From contig CAWHHI010000020.1 of the NCBI GenBank assembly GCA_963829055.1, positions 704,001-768,000 on the forward strand: DNA of 64,000 bases, given 5' to 3'. Below the pieces are notes generated by a model. That model saw nothing but the letters and a program-made list of their open reading frames with translations. It had not been told where the DNA came from and searched no databases. Origin of the DNA: an uncultured Gemmatimonadaceae bacterium (GTDB lineage: Bacteria > Gemmatimonadota > Gemmatimonadetes > Gemmatimonadales > Gemmatimonadaceae). Shown here in pieces: positions 44,501 through 56,247 of this stretch; the stretch's first letter is position 1; each line of letters starts with the position of its first letter. Made by a program: the position numbers and the translations under genes.

Positions 44501-45088
44501 TCGGGGATCACGTACACGCCGACGACGCTCGTGGCCTACGGTGGCCCGTGGGGCGAGAACTACTACTACGAGACCGAGGATGTGTACGGCGACCAGAAGC
44601 TGCGCCACTTCACGCCGTGGGCCGAGCTCGAGGCGAAGGTGCTCAGGCGCGGCGGCGCTGGTCAGGCGGGCTGGTTCCATCCGTCGCAGCACGTGTTCAG
44701 GAAGATCGGCGAGCAGGTGCGCGACGCGGTGGCGTTAGGCGCGAAGGTGGGCGTCGGCTCGCACGGTCAGCTGCAGGGATTGGGCTACCACTGGGAGCTC
44801 TGGTCGATCGCCTCCGGCGGACTCTCCGCGCACGACGCACTTCGCTCGGCCACGATCGTCGGCGCGGAAGGGCTGGGCCTCGCGCGCGATCTTGGGTCCA
44901 TCGAGCCGGGCAAGCTCGCGGACCTGCTGGTCCTGGACGCGAATCCGCTGGAGAACATCCGGAACTCGAACACGATCCGGTATGTCATGAAGAACGGGCG
45001 GATGTACGAGGGCGCGACGCTGGACGAGGTCTACCCGCGCGCGCGTAAGGCGGGCTCGTTCTACTGGGGTACTGAGCGGACACAGTAG
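41572..45088 (+). CDS. PD40/TolB beta-propeller + amidohydrolase fusion, paralog of 31852-35311 (frameshift near 43700)
   Basis: SVDVSPDGQTLVFDLLGDLY, PGFVDTHAH, GSHGQLQGLGYHWELW, GKLADLL. Confidence 0.9.
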
Positions 45089-45167
45089 CGTGCTGCGCGC
45101 TGCGTGCGTTGCACCGTGGCGCGCGGGGCTGGTCTGGATCATTGCGGCGCTAGGCGCGGGCACTCGG

Positions 45168-45610
45168 CTCCGGCGGCTACGCGCTTACACGCCTCGAGCC
45201 AAGGGGTACCGAACTCCGTGTCTTGAGGGTGGCTCGGCCCCCTTGTCTCGGGGCTACGCGCGAACGCCGCCTATGCCGAGCGCCCGCGCCCCCCGGTCAT
45301 GGCACGCTCCGGGGCCGGCCGCTCGTCACCGCGCACGCATCGCGCACGCGCCGCTCCGCGGCGCGCCCAGCACGCAGCAAGTGCGCGCTCCCCCCTCGTG
45401 GGCGCGTGGCACCTCGTTAGGAGACACGCACTTGCTGGGTGCTGCTCGCTGCTTACCCTGAGGTTCGGGATGCGTACCAGGAGGCGGGGGTGTCGCGTCG
45501 TAGGCGTCGTTGGCGCGTAGCCCCGAGACGAGCGGGGCCGAGCCACTCAGTCCTTACACGGAGCCCGGTACCCGTTGGCTCGAGGCGTGTAAGCGCCTAC
45601 GGCGCCGGAG
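45168..45610. repeat. ~440-bp fold-back element with ~105-bp imperfect terminal inverted arms
   Basis: GCGCTTACACGCCTCGAGCCAA...GTCTCGGGGCTACGCG on the left; reverse complement on the right; inner stem CAGCAAGTGCG/CGCACTTGCTG. Confidence 0.8.
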
Positions 45611-45675
45611 ACGCGACGCCCCGCCGACAAGACAGCGATCCCGACCGTCAACCCAGCAGCGAGCAGCAGCCAGCC

Positions 45676-46620
45676 CTACACGCGAACCGCCAGCGGCGGC
45701 AACGCGTCTTCGATCTCCCGCTCGGTGCGGCTCGAGCCACGGCGGCAGCACGAGGTGCTCGCCGAGCGTCGCGAGGTCCTCGTCGACCGTGAATCCAGGA
45801 CCGTCCGTCGCGATCTCGAACAGGACACCGCCCGGCTCGAGGAAGTACACCGACTTGAACCAGAACCGGTCGATCACCTCCGTCGGCCGGCGCTTCGCGG
45901 CCGAGATTCGTTCGCGCACCGCGAGCTCCGCCGCGTCGTCAGGCACGCGCCACGCGACGTGATGGATCCCGCCCGTCCCCCACGAGCCGCGCTGCTCGTT
46001 AGGCAGCGCGCGGATGTCCAGGTGGCGCCCCGACCCGCCGCCGTTGATCGCGTAGCGATGCCAGCCGTTCTCCTCACCCACCTCGCGAAACCCAGCGTCT
46101 CGACGAGGAAGCTCGCCGTCTGCGCGACGTCGCGTTCCCAGAGGCGCACCGCGTGCAGCCCACGAATCTGCTGCTCGGCCGGCACCGGGCTCTGCGACCA
46201 GGCCGCGAACTCGCGCTCGTCCGCCGTCTCCACCAGCGCGAGCTCGAGCCCGTGCGGATCCGCGAGGCGCAGCGCGTGCTCGCCGTGACGCACTTCGCGC
46301 GCACCCGTATTCGCGACGCCGCCGAGCGACAGACGGTCCTCCCAGTACTCGAGCGAGCCCTTCGGGATGGCGAGCGACACCTCGACGGCCAGCCCGACGC
46401 CTTTCTGCACCGGTGGCAGCTTCGGCCACGGAAAAAACGTGAGATCGGCACCGGGGTGCGCCTCGCCGTCCGCGTAGAAGAGGTGGTAGGTGTCCGGGAC
46501 GTCCTGATTGACCGACTTCTTCACGAGCCGCATGCCGAGCGTGCCGGTGTAGAAGTCGACGTTCTCCTGCGGATCGCCGGCGATGCAGGTGACGTGGTGA
46601 ATCCCCGTGACGGTGCTCAT
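45676..46620 (-). CDS. Ring-cleaving dioxygenase, VOC family (MhqA/O-like; frameshifted)
   Basis: GIHHVT...LVKKSVNQD...YHLFY, IHHVAWR, DRFWFKSVYFLEPGGVLFEIATDGPGF. Confidence 0.9.
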
Positions 46621-46713
46621 GCCCGTTCCTCGGCCTCGGACGTTGCTGGTGGTGCTCGTGGTCCTGTCCGCCCCTCGACGTATTCTAGCTCCGAAGTCCT
46701 GCCTCGATCAGCC

Positions 46714-47696
46714 ATGACTCTCAATCTCACGTCGCGACTTCGTCACCCGATCCGGCTCCTGTGCCGCTCACCTCGCTCTCGCCGCCGCGGTCGCGCCAGA
46801 CGCGCTGCGCGCCGCGTGGGCGCACGCGTCGCTCGGATCGGTCGTCGCACGCGAGCCGTTCGGCTCGCTCGAACAGGTTGCCGACGGCATCTGGGCGCTG
46901 ATCTCGACCCCGTTAGGCGGCGATCGCACGACGCTCTCGAACGGCGGCATCATTGCCGGCCGGTCGGGCGTCATCGCCATCGAGGGATTCAATCAGCCCG
47001 CCGGCGCCGCGTGGCTCGCGCGCGAAAGCGCGCGAGCTCACGGGACGCTGGCCGACGCACGTCGTCGTCACGCACTATCACGCCGATCACGCGAACGGCG
47101 TCGCCGGCTATCTCGCGCCCGACAATCACGAGCGGCAAATCGCCGCCGGCGGTACGCACGACCGAGCGCACGCGCGACCTCGTGCTGCAGAAGAATCAGC
47201 CGGCCGACGACGCGCGCACTGCGGCGCTGCAGCAGGCGGTCGTCGCTCCCGTCCACCGGAGCGCTCACGATCGACCTCGGCAACCGCCGCGTGCGCATCG
47301 TCCCGCGGAGTGGCCACACGGACAGCGACGTGTCGCTCGAGATCGAGGATCCGAGCGTGGTGTTCTGCGGCGATCTCGTGTGGAACGCGATGTTCCCGAA
47401 CTACGTCGACGCCATTCCATCGACGACTGGCGTCGTCCGTCAAGGCGCTGCGCCGCGATCGCAAGACGATCTACGTTCCAGGCCATGGCGCGCTCGCGCG
47501 CGAGGCGGAGTTCGATCGTTATGCGTCGATGCTCGCCGAGGTCGAACAGGCGGCGCGCAAGGCACGACAGCAGGGCACGTCCGCCGCCGACGCGGGAGCC
47601 GCCTTCTCGCTTCCGCCGTCGCTCGGCGAATGGATGCTGTTCAACAAGGTGTTCTTCGAGCGCGCGTTCGCGGCCTGGTACAAAGAGCTCCCGTAG
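46714..47696 (+). CDS. Metallo-beta-lactamase-fold hydrolase (frameshifted)
   Basis: THYHADH, GHTDSD, GDL, PGHG. Confidence 0.8.
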
Positions 47697-47702
47697 GACT
47701 TC

Positions 47703-47835
47703 GTCATTCCGAGCGGAGGGTGTCATTCCGAGCGGAGCGCGAAGCGCGCAGTCGAGGAATCGCGATCATGCTGATAGCGTAGAGGGCCCTCTAGCGCGAA
47801 CCGCGCGATTCCTCGACTGCGCCGTGCGCTCCGCC
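47703..47835. repeat. Type 2 REP/MITE-like element
   Basis: GTCATTCCGAGCG x2, GTCGAGGAATC, GTAGAGGGCCCTCTA, GATTCCTCGAC. Confidence 0.8.
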
Positions 47836-47875
47836 GTCGCGCCGTCCGCCCTCGGACTGACCGACCCTTCGGCCT

Positions 47876-49213
47876 CTACGGCGTCAACCGAGTCGGCCCG
47901 CGATGCAGGAACGTCGCCTCCCGGATGCTCGGCAACCCCAGCATCAGCATAACGAGTCGCGCGAGGCCGAGGCCGAAGCCGCCGTGTGGCGGACAGCCAT
48001 AGCGGAAGAAGTCGAGATAGTACGACACCGACTCGCGCAAGCCCGCCTCCTCCGCCTGACGCGACAGCACCGTCGTGCCGGTGCTCGCGCTGCGCGCCCG
48101 TCGTGATCTCCACGCCCTTCCACATGCAGGTCGAAGCTCTTCGTCACGCGACGCGTCGTGCTCGTGCGCGCATGTGGTAGAACGGCCGAAGCGATGACGG
48201 ATACTCGGTGAGGAAGAGGAATTCGCTGCCGTGCGTGTCGAGCGCCCACGCGCGAGCACCCGCTCGCCGGCCGGGTCGATGTCGCCCGACTTCGTCGCCT
48301 CGCGCGATCTCGTGACCCAGCTCGCGCAGCAGGGCGTGCGCGTCACGCATCGTCAGGCGCGGGAAGCTCGACCGGCGGCACGATCGACACTCGACGCCAA
48401 ACGTCTCGCTCGATCGCGTCGCCGTGCTCGCGCGCACCGTCGAGAGGATGTAGCTGCAGCCACTCTTCCTCCATTCGCATCACGTCCTCGTGCGACTCCA
48501 CCCACGCCATCTCGACGTCCACACTCGTGAACTCCGCGGCGTGACGCGGCGTGAGCGACGGTTCGGCCCGGAAGACCGGGCCCGATCTCGAACACGCGCT
48601 CGAATCCCGCCGCGATCGCCATCTGCTTGTAGAACTGCGGCGACTGCGCGAGGTACGCGGTCGCCGAGCTCGAAGTACGGCGTCGAGAACGTGTCGGCTC
48701 CCGACTCGCTCGCGCTGTGCATGAGCTTCGGCGAGTGCAGCTCGAGGAACTCGTGCGTCGCCCAGTACTCGCGCATCGCGCGCTCGATCGTCGTCTGCAC
48801 CTCGAACACGAGCAGGTTCTCCGGCCGCCGCAGGGCGAGGAACCGCCAGTCGAGCTGCAGGTCGGACGCCGAATGTTCATCGATCGGCAGTCCGGGCTCC
48901 GCCGGCTGACGACTTCCAGCGAGCGCGCGAGCAGCTCGACACCGCCGGTCTTCACCGCCGCGTTGGCCACGACCGTCGCCGCTCACTCGAACGGCCGACC
49001 CGATCGTTAGGCCGAGCGCAGTCGTCTCGAGGTCGCTCGCGGCGGTGCCCGGCTGGCGATCGCTCGATCGTCACCTGCACGCGCCCGCTCCGGTCCTGCA
49101 CGATCAGGAAGATCATCCGCTTGAGCACGCGGATGGTGACGACGAATCCGGCGATGGTCGCTTCGAGCTGGTCCTGGCCCGGCTGAGAGGCGTGCAATGG
49201 GCGAGCGGTGCAT
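47876..49213 (-). CDS. aspS: Short archaeal-type (likely non-discriminating) aspartate--tRNA ligase (frameshifted)
   Basis: OB fold [64 protein letters not shown]; ends RGPTRLTP; ~445 codons, no GAD insert. Confidence 0.8.
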
Positions 49214-49234
49214 GAGGACTGGGAGAGGCGGCAC

Positions 49235-49269
49235 AAAAGAAAAACGGCCCGTGGATATCCACGGGCCGT
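49235..49269 (-). terminator. Intrinsic terminator in the aspS leader (attenuator)
   Basis: ACGGCCCGTGG-ATAT-CCACGGGCCGT stem followed by TTTTCTTTT, about 20 nt before the aspS ATG on the same strand. Confidence 0.85.
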
Positions 49270-49514
49270 GAGGGTTCGGTCGTCGCTGCGTCGAAGCGTG
49301 TGTCTACGCTCGCGTGCGCCTCCGCCCCCACCCCGTGCGCGGGGTGGCGTCGGAATCGTACGTTGTTCAGGAAGGCGGGCGCGAGTCTCGAGCGACATGA
49401 TGGCAAGGTGAGGGGTCGTCTCAGCGCGCGTCAAGACGGCGAACGTCGCTCGCGCAACCGGCTCGTCACGGAGACCTCTCGCGCGCCGCGATCTCGGGGT
49501 GTAGGTCTGTGGGC

Positions 49515-50448
49515 ATGCATCGATGCGCGCTGCTCGCCCTGCGACTGCCGGCTCGGGCGTGATCGGCTGTGACTCGACGAGACCGTTGCCTCCCGCGGTG
49601 TTCGTCGAACCCGCGACGCTGACGCTCGAGGATGGGCAGACGGCGACGCTCACCGCGACAGCTGCGTAACCCGAAGGCGCGAACCGTCACCTGGTCCTCG
49701 TCGAATCGGGCGGTCGCGACGGTCGATCCCGCGGGTAACGTCACCGGGGTCACGAACGGGACGGCGAGCATCGTCGTGCGGATGACCGACGACACGACGA
49801 TCAGCACGACCGTGCCGGTCACGGTGAGCGGACCGGCCGTGGCCACGGTGACCGTGACGCCCGGCGGCGCCGATCGTGTACGTTGGCTTCGCACGACAGC
49901 TGCCTTGTCCAACTCCGCGTCGGCCGATGGGCGTCTGCTTCGCGGCCGGACGGTGACGTGGACGACGCCCGACGCCGAGCATCGCCGACGTGTCCGGCGC
50001 GGGGTCGTCGCGTGGGCGCGCCCCGGGCGGGCCGCATCCCGTCGTCGCGTCGAGCGAAGGGCGGACCGGCGACGTACACAGGTCCGCGTCGCGCACGCGG
50101 CCGAGGTGTGCCCGTTCGTCGCGACGCTGGCGCTCGGCCAGCGCGCCGACGGTACGCTCGCGTTAGGCGACTGCGAGTACTCGCTCGACGACTCGTACGT
50201 CGACGTCTACGAGATCACGCTGCCGGCGGCCGGAACGATCCAGATCGACATGACGAGCACGTGACCTCGATTCCTACCTCGGCTTGTTCGAGGCCGGCGG
50301 CGTCTTGCTCGCGGAAGATGACAACTCCGGCGGTGGTCGGAACGCACGGATCGTGCGCCAGCTCCCCGCCGGCCAGTATCGCGTCTGGGCCAACACGATT
50401 TCCGGGTCGGCGACCGGCGCCTATTCGCTGATCGTCCCGCAGCGCTGA
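49515..50448 (+). CDS. Lipoprotein with Big_2 Ig-like repeats and PPC-like domain (frameshifted)
   Basis: VTWSSSNRAVATVD, VATVTVTP, DSYVDVYEI, AEDDNSGG. Confidence 0.65.
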
Positions 50449-50469
50449 GCGGCACGCGGCGGTCGCCGC

Positions 50470-51178
50470 TTACTGCTTCGGCACGAGCGAGAACGTGTAC
50501 TCGAGCTTGATGCGTGTCCGCGACGCTCAGCACCACCGGCACGCGCGGCTGCGTCAGGCCGAAGTCGGAGAACACGAACGACGTCGCGGCCGTGCCGCTC
50601 ACGCGGCCGCCGTCGAACTTCGCGTCCACCTGCCACGTCGTCGGCTTGGTCACGCCGTGCACGGTGAGATCGCCAACGAGCTGGAACGTCTTGCTGCCTG
50701 ACGTCGGCACCGGCAGCGTTAGGCCACGCAGCGCGGTCGGCGCGAGCTCGACCGTCGGAAACTGACTCGTCTCGAGCACTGCGGCCGCGCACGTACCCGT
50801 CGCGGCGATCCTTGTCGCTCTTGAGCGTGCGCGACGTTGACGACGAACTTCGACGACGCCGGAACGAGCTTGCCCTTCGCGTCGAACGCGATGCCGCCGG
50901 TGACGTCGAGGTCGCGCCGACGGCGTCGTTAGGCAGGTCGAAGCCGGCCAGCTGCTCGCGTATGCGGTAGCGTACTTCGTTGCCGTCGGGCGCGACGACG
51001 AGCTGCAGCCCGTCGGTGGCCGGGAGCGCAACGTCGCCGGTCGCGGTCTGCGCGACAGGAGCGCGTACCCGACGCGTTCGTCGTCACGCGCGGACGCCTC
51101 TGCCCGCTGGCAGCTCGCCGCAACGATCGCCGCCAGCACCGGCACGCCGACCGCGGCGACTGTCTTCTTCATTCGCAT
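50470..51178 (-). CDS. YceI family lipid/polyisoprenoid-binding protein (frameshifted)
   Basis: VRYRIREQLAG, LETSQFP, GDLTVHGVTKP, FSDFGLTQP. Confidence 0.8.
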
Positions 51179-51337
51179 TCGATTCTCCAAAAAGGCCCAC
51201 AGGCCCGTTGAGTGTTCGCGTCTGTCGCGTCTGGTACCGCGTTCGTCGCGTGGTTGAACGACCGGCGGCGAAGGAGCACGAGCTCCCGCGCCGCCGGCGC
51301 ACCCAAACTACCATGGCGCCGAGTGGAACTGTGTCGG

Positions 51338-51875
51338 TTACCGACCAGTGCCGCTCTTGTCGCCCTCGGCTGGTCACCGTGACCACGATGGCCGCCCTGC
51401 GCCGCCGCTCCTTCAAGGCCGCGATGTTCGCGTCGAGCTGCTTCTGCTGATCGGCGTTCAGGATGGTCCGCAGCGAGGCGATCTGCTGCTCGCGCTGCTG
51501 CGTCCATCTGCGTGCGGACCTGCTCCATCTTCGCGCGCGCGGTCACGGTGTCGCCACGCTGCGCGTGCTTCACGCGCTTCCTTCATGACCGCGCCGAACT
51601 GCTCGCGCGTCTTCTTCATCTCCGGCTCCTGCTCCTTGCGAAGCGCCTCGAGCCGAGTCTTCTGGGCGTCCGTCAGGGTGATGCCCTTGAGCAGCATGCC
51701 GCCCGGGCCCGCCTCGGCCGCGATGCCACGCTCGCCCTGCTCACCGTCCCGTCCGCCATGATCGGGCTGCGTCGCTGTCGGACGAGCGTCCGGGCGTGGA
51801 CTGCGCGGCAGCCGCACCGGCGGCGCCAACGACAAGGGCCAAACCGAGGCCCATTCTGGTCAGGGTCTTACGCAT
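51338..51875 (-). CDS. Spy/CpxP-like periplasmic protein (frameshifted)
   Basis: Signal peptide MRKTLTRMGLGLALVV; LTDAQK and LNADQQ LTxxQ motifs; helical. Confidence 0.7.
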
Positions 51876-52077
51876 GTGCTTCTCCCGTACTGCGAGATTG
51901 TCCGCCCGTGCTGGCACCGTGCTCATCGTGAGCCCGGCCTGACGGGACCGAAGCCGAGGCGGCGAGATCACCAGCCTCGGGTACTTCGGAGGATGGTACC
52001 GGAGGTGGTCCGGAGCGCGGTCCGGGAATTGGCACGAACGGCACACGGGCGATGCGAATTGCACGGGCCGAAGGCTC

Positions 52078-52150
52078 GAGGCCTGAGGAAGGAGGCCTGA
52101 GGAAGGAGGAACGGTGTCATCCCGAGGATCGGTCAGCGAGAGGATCTGCT
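52078..52150. repeat. GGCCTGAGGAAGGA tandem plus truncated type 1 element
   Basis: GAGGCCTGAGGAAGGAGGCCTGAGGAAGGAGG then GTGTCATCCCGAG...GGATCT. Confidence 0.65.
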
Positions 52151-52246
52151 GTGCAGTTCCGTGGCAGGTCGACCACGATCCGCGAGTTCGCTGACGCTCG
52201 GATCAGCGACCAGCAACCAGCAACCAGCTCCCAACCCAAATCGCTG

Positions 52247-53400
52247 ATGTCCGACCCTGCGTTCATCACGACGACGCTGACCGAGCTCGTCCGGACGAAG
52301 TCCATCAACCCCGCCTTCGCGGACGGCGAGCCGAGTGACGAGCGGGAGATCGCGACCCGACTCGGCGCGATGATGCGCGCGTTAGGCATGGAGACCACCG
52401 AATACGAGCCCGCGCCCGGACGCGTCAGCGTCGTCGGCCGGCTGCGCGGCACCGGCGGCGGGCGCTCGCTCATGCTGTACGGCCACATCGACACCGTCGG
52501 CGTCGCCGCGATGCCCGAGCCGTTCTCGGCCACCGTGCGCGACGGCAAGCTCTACGGACGCGGGAGCTACGACATGAAGGGCGGCGTCACCGCGTGTCTC
52601 GGCGACCGTCAAGGCGCTGCGCGATGCCGGTACGACGCTGCGCGGTGACGTGCTCATTGCCTGCGTGGCGGACGAGGAGGTCGCGAGCATCGGCATGGCG
52701 GAGGTGCTCGCGCCACGTCCGCGCCGACGCGGCCGTCGTGACCGAGGCGACCGAGCTTCGGGTCTGCCTCGCGCATCGCGGCTTCAGCTGGGTCGAGGTC
52801 GAAACGTTAGGCATCGCCGCCCACGGCAGCCGTTTCGACTGGGGATCGACGCCAACATGCGCATGGGGCGATTCCTCGCGCGGCTCGACACGCTCGAGCA
52901 GGAGCTGCGCGCCCGCCCGCCTCACGCGCTCGTCGGACCGCCGTCGCTCCACGCGGCGGTGCTGCAGGGCGGGACCGGGCACGAGCACGTACGCCGACCA
53001 CTGCCGTCTCGAGATCGAACGGCGCACGGTTCCCGGGCGAGACCGAGGAGCAGGTGCTGTCCGAGATCCGCGCGATCACCGACGCACTCGCGTCGGATGA
53101 CGCGACGTTCCGCGCGAACGTGCGCGCCATGCTGACGCGCGGTTCGTTCGAGGTCGCCGCGAACGCCCCGATCGTGAACGCCATCCTTGGCGCCGCCACC
53201 AACGGTGCTCGGCGCGCAGCCGGAGGTGATCGGCGAGCCGTACTGGATGGACGCGGCACTGCTGTCGGCGGTGGGAATCGACACGGTCGTCATCGGACCG
53301 ACGGGCGCTGGCGCGCATGCGCTCGAGGAATGGGTCGATCTCGAGTCATCGAGCAGGTGACGGACATCCTCCCGCGGCGGCAATGGAGTTCTGCGCCGCC
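52247..53400 (+). CDS. M20/ArgE-DapE family metallopeptidase/deacylase (frameshifted; end approximate)
   Basis: GHIDTV, YGRGSYDMKGG, VADEE, VTEAT, AAHGS, GAHALEEWV. Confidence 0.85.
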
Positions 53401-53626
53401 GTTGGCATCGCGAGCGCGGGCTGCTGGATTTCCATCGCGGCTACCCGACTGCAACCGACGCTCAGTGCGCGTCTCGAGACCGCAACAGCAACGGTATTTC
53501 TTCTGCGTCTCGACGTTCAGAGCGCTCTGCGCCGCCGTTCGAGTCGCCAGCCACTGCGAGGTCCGTCCTCAGGTGCAACGTCGCCGGCCGGGGTGAAGGC
53601 CAGCGGCGCTGCACTCGCGTTACCCA

Positions 53627-54537
53627 CTACTTGTTGCCGAACGGCTTCGGCGGAACGCTCTTCAGGTACAGCCATACCGCATGAATCTCGGCGTCGGTCA
53701 TCCCGCGGAAGACCTTCCACGGCATGAACTCGTCGAGCCCGGCTGCCGTCGGGCCGCTTGCCCTCGCGCAGCGCTCGCGTGAGATCCGCCTCCGTCCAGC
53801 TGCCGATACCAGCCGGCGTTAGGTTCGACGCCGGCGGCAGGCCCGGTGGACCCGCCACGCGACCGCCGGACAAGCCCGTAGCCGTGACATCCATGACACC
53901 CGCTGATGTCCGCGATGTACTTCCCGTACGCCGCCGTCGTGTCGCGAGGCACCGACGCGGGCGCGTCGTACGCGTCGGCGTCTTGCCCGCGACCAGAATG
54001 TTCATCTTCCCCGTCGCCAGCAGCGCACGACCAACCGGCCCGAAGCCCGACCGCGGCACCTCCCGATCCACCGGCGGTAGCCTGCTTCAGGAACGCGAGC
54101 ACCGCGCCGATGTCCTCCTGACTCAGGTGCGTGAACACCTCGCTCGGCATCACGATGAGCGAACGTGCCGTCACGCTGCACGCCTCGCCGGATGGCGCGC
54201 ACGTAGTCCATGTCGCCGTAGTCCGTGCTCAACCCACCCTGACCGTGCGTCAGATTCGGGCCGGCGACCGTACCGATCGCCGGGCTGCTGGAGTACACGG
54301 CGCCGCCGAGATCGGACGCCGTGGCAGAACGTGCAGTCGATGACGTTGCGCACGAGGTGCTCACCGCGCGCGATGGACGCGCTGTCCGTCGGCACGTGGA
54401 CCGAGTCGACGGTGGTGTCGTACGTCTTCCGGAGCTTGCGCTCGCTCGCGGCGTAGACGACGCCGGCGCCGATGAGCACGAGCACGAGCGACGGCGGCCA
54501 GCAGTCGCCCGATCCACTTGAGAATGACGCGCGTCAT
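53627..54537 (-). CDS. Membrane-anchored diheme cytochrome c (frameshifted)
   Basis: N-terminal TM; two CxxCH (CTFCH, CHGCH) each followed by NLT...MP. Confidence 0.8.
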
Positions 54538-56148
54538 GCGCACCTCCGGTCCATACCCGCGGTGAACGACGACGCGACTCGCGGCGAGATTCCGCATCGA
54601 GCCCCAGCACGCGCGCAGACGACCTGCTCGAGCGTCGCGCGTCGCGTCGGCGGCAGCACCGGTCGAGCGCCACGCAATGTGCCCGTCAGGGCGCACGAGC
54701 ACCGCACCGTCGGCATCGATGCCGTAGGCGCGCAGCCAATCGTCCGACACGTCCGTCATCTCCGACCCGCCGACGACGACCACGCCTAACGGGACATCGA
54801 GCGCGCGACTCACTGTGCGGGCGGCGTCGCGCCATGCACCGCCGTTCACACCGGTGAGCAACATCAGGCAGTCACCGAACAGATCGAGCGTCGACAGCCT
54901 CGCTGCCGCGGACGTCGAGCCAGACGTGCGGCGCGCGCGCACCAACGCACGCCGGCGACAACGGCTCGATCACCGCTGGCCGATCGCCGGCCTCGGCGAC
55001 AATGGCCGACGACGAGTACACGACGCCCAGGTCTGCGGCGATAGGGCGACACGCCCTGCAGCTGTCCGCGCGACCGCAGCAGGTTCCGCTCGCCGGACGG
55101 ACGCCGCTCCGGTTCGTAGCTGTCGAGCAGCGCGGGACTCGCGACGCCGTTCAGGACCGCGGCCAGCTTCCACGCCAGGTTGTGCGCGGCGTGGATCGCC
55201 GTGTTCATGCCCGTGCCGCCGGTCGGCGCGGTGCGGTGGGCCGCGTCTCCCACGAGGAACACGTTGCCGTCGCGGAAGCGGTCGGCGACCTCGGCACCGA
55301 TGCCGATGAGCTGACAGTCCAGCACCTCGACGTCGAGATCCGGAGTGTCCGCCGCACGCCTAACGAGGCCGACGATGTCATCCGCGCTCGATCGATGCGA
55401 GTGGCCGCTCCTCGCCCCGCCACGGCGTCGCGAGCATCCACCGGTTCTCGTTGCTCGTCGGCAGCGCGACGCTCGGCGCCGGACCACCCAGGCCCTGCAG
55501 CATGTAGAGTCCGCACCGCTCTGCACCCACGATCGCGTCCAGGTCGGCCCGGAACAGCACGCTCAGGTACTCACCGATGCGCGCTACACCCTGCGTCGCG
55601 ATCCCGAGGCGCCGACGAATCGGGCTGTGGCACCGTCGGCGGCCATGACGTACTGCGCGTGCACGACCGGTGCGCTCGCCGGTCGCGCGATCGACGATCG
55701 TCGCACGCACGCCGCCTCGCGTCTGCGTCCAGATCGCAGACCTCGGTGTTGAAGCGCACCTCGGCCGAGTCGATAGCTGCGCGCGTGGTCGAGCAGGATC
55801 GGCTCGAGGAGATCCTGCGCCAGACACCGCCGGCATCTGTCGGACTGAACGCGGCCGCTTCGTCGCGATTTGGGAAACCGAGTGGCCGTCGCTCGACCTC
55901 GGGCGCGGCGAGGTTGTCGCGCACGGAGCTCACGAACTCGACCGACATCGCCGCCTCGCGTACCCGAGGCTCGATTCCCCACGCGCGGAACAGCTCCATG
56001 GTACGCGTGCTGATGCCGGTGGCCTTCGGGTGGATCGACGTCGACGGTGACGCTCGACGAGTAGCGAGCGCACGCCGAACCGCGAGAGGAGAATCGAGCT
56101 GCACAGGCCCGCCGGGCCGGCGCCGACGATAAGGATAGGAATCTGCAT
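54534..56148 (-). CDS. FAD-dependent aromatic monooxygenase (frameshifted)
   Basis: LIVGAGPAG, RTMELFR, AADG, GDAAHRTAPTGGTGMNTAIH, LVRPDGHIAWR. Confidence 0.85.
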
Positions 56149-56247
56149 GGGAGTAACCCTCAGTCATGTCGATGGTTGGTCTCCGCTGCCGCACTTGCCC
56201 TCTGGCGCAGGAGTCTATAATTTCATGCTACAACCTGTCCGATCAAT

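Noticed and set aside
46714..47696. Metallo-beta-lactamase as an antibiotic-resistance gene
   Set aside because: Only the generic MBL-fold motifs are visible; substrate cannot be assigned.
49235..49450. T-box riboswitch upstream of aspS
   Set aside because: No T-box consensus or stem I motifs were recognised; a leader-peptide model fits better.
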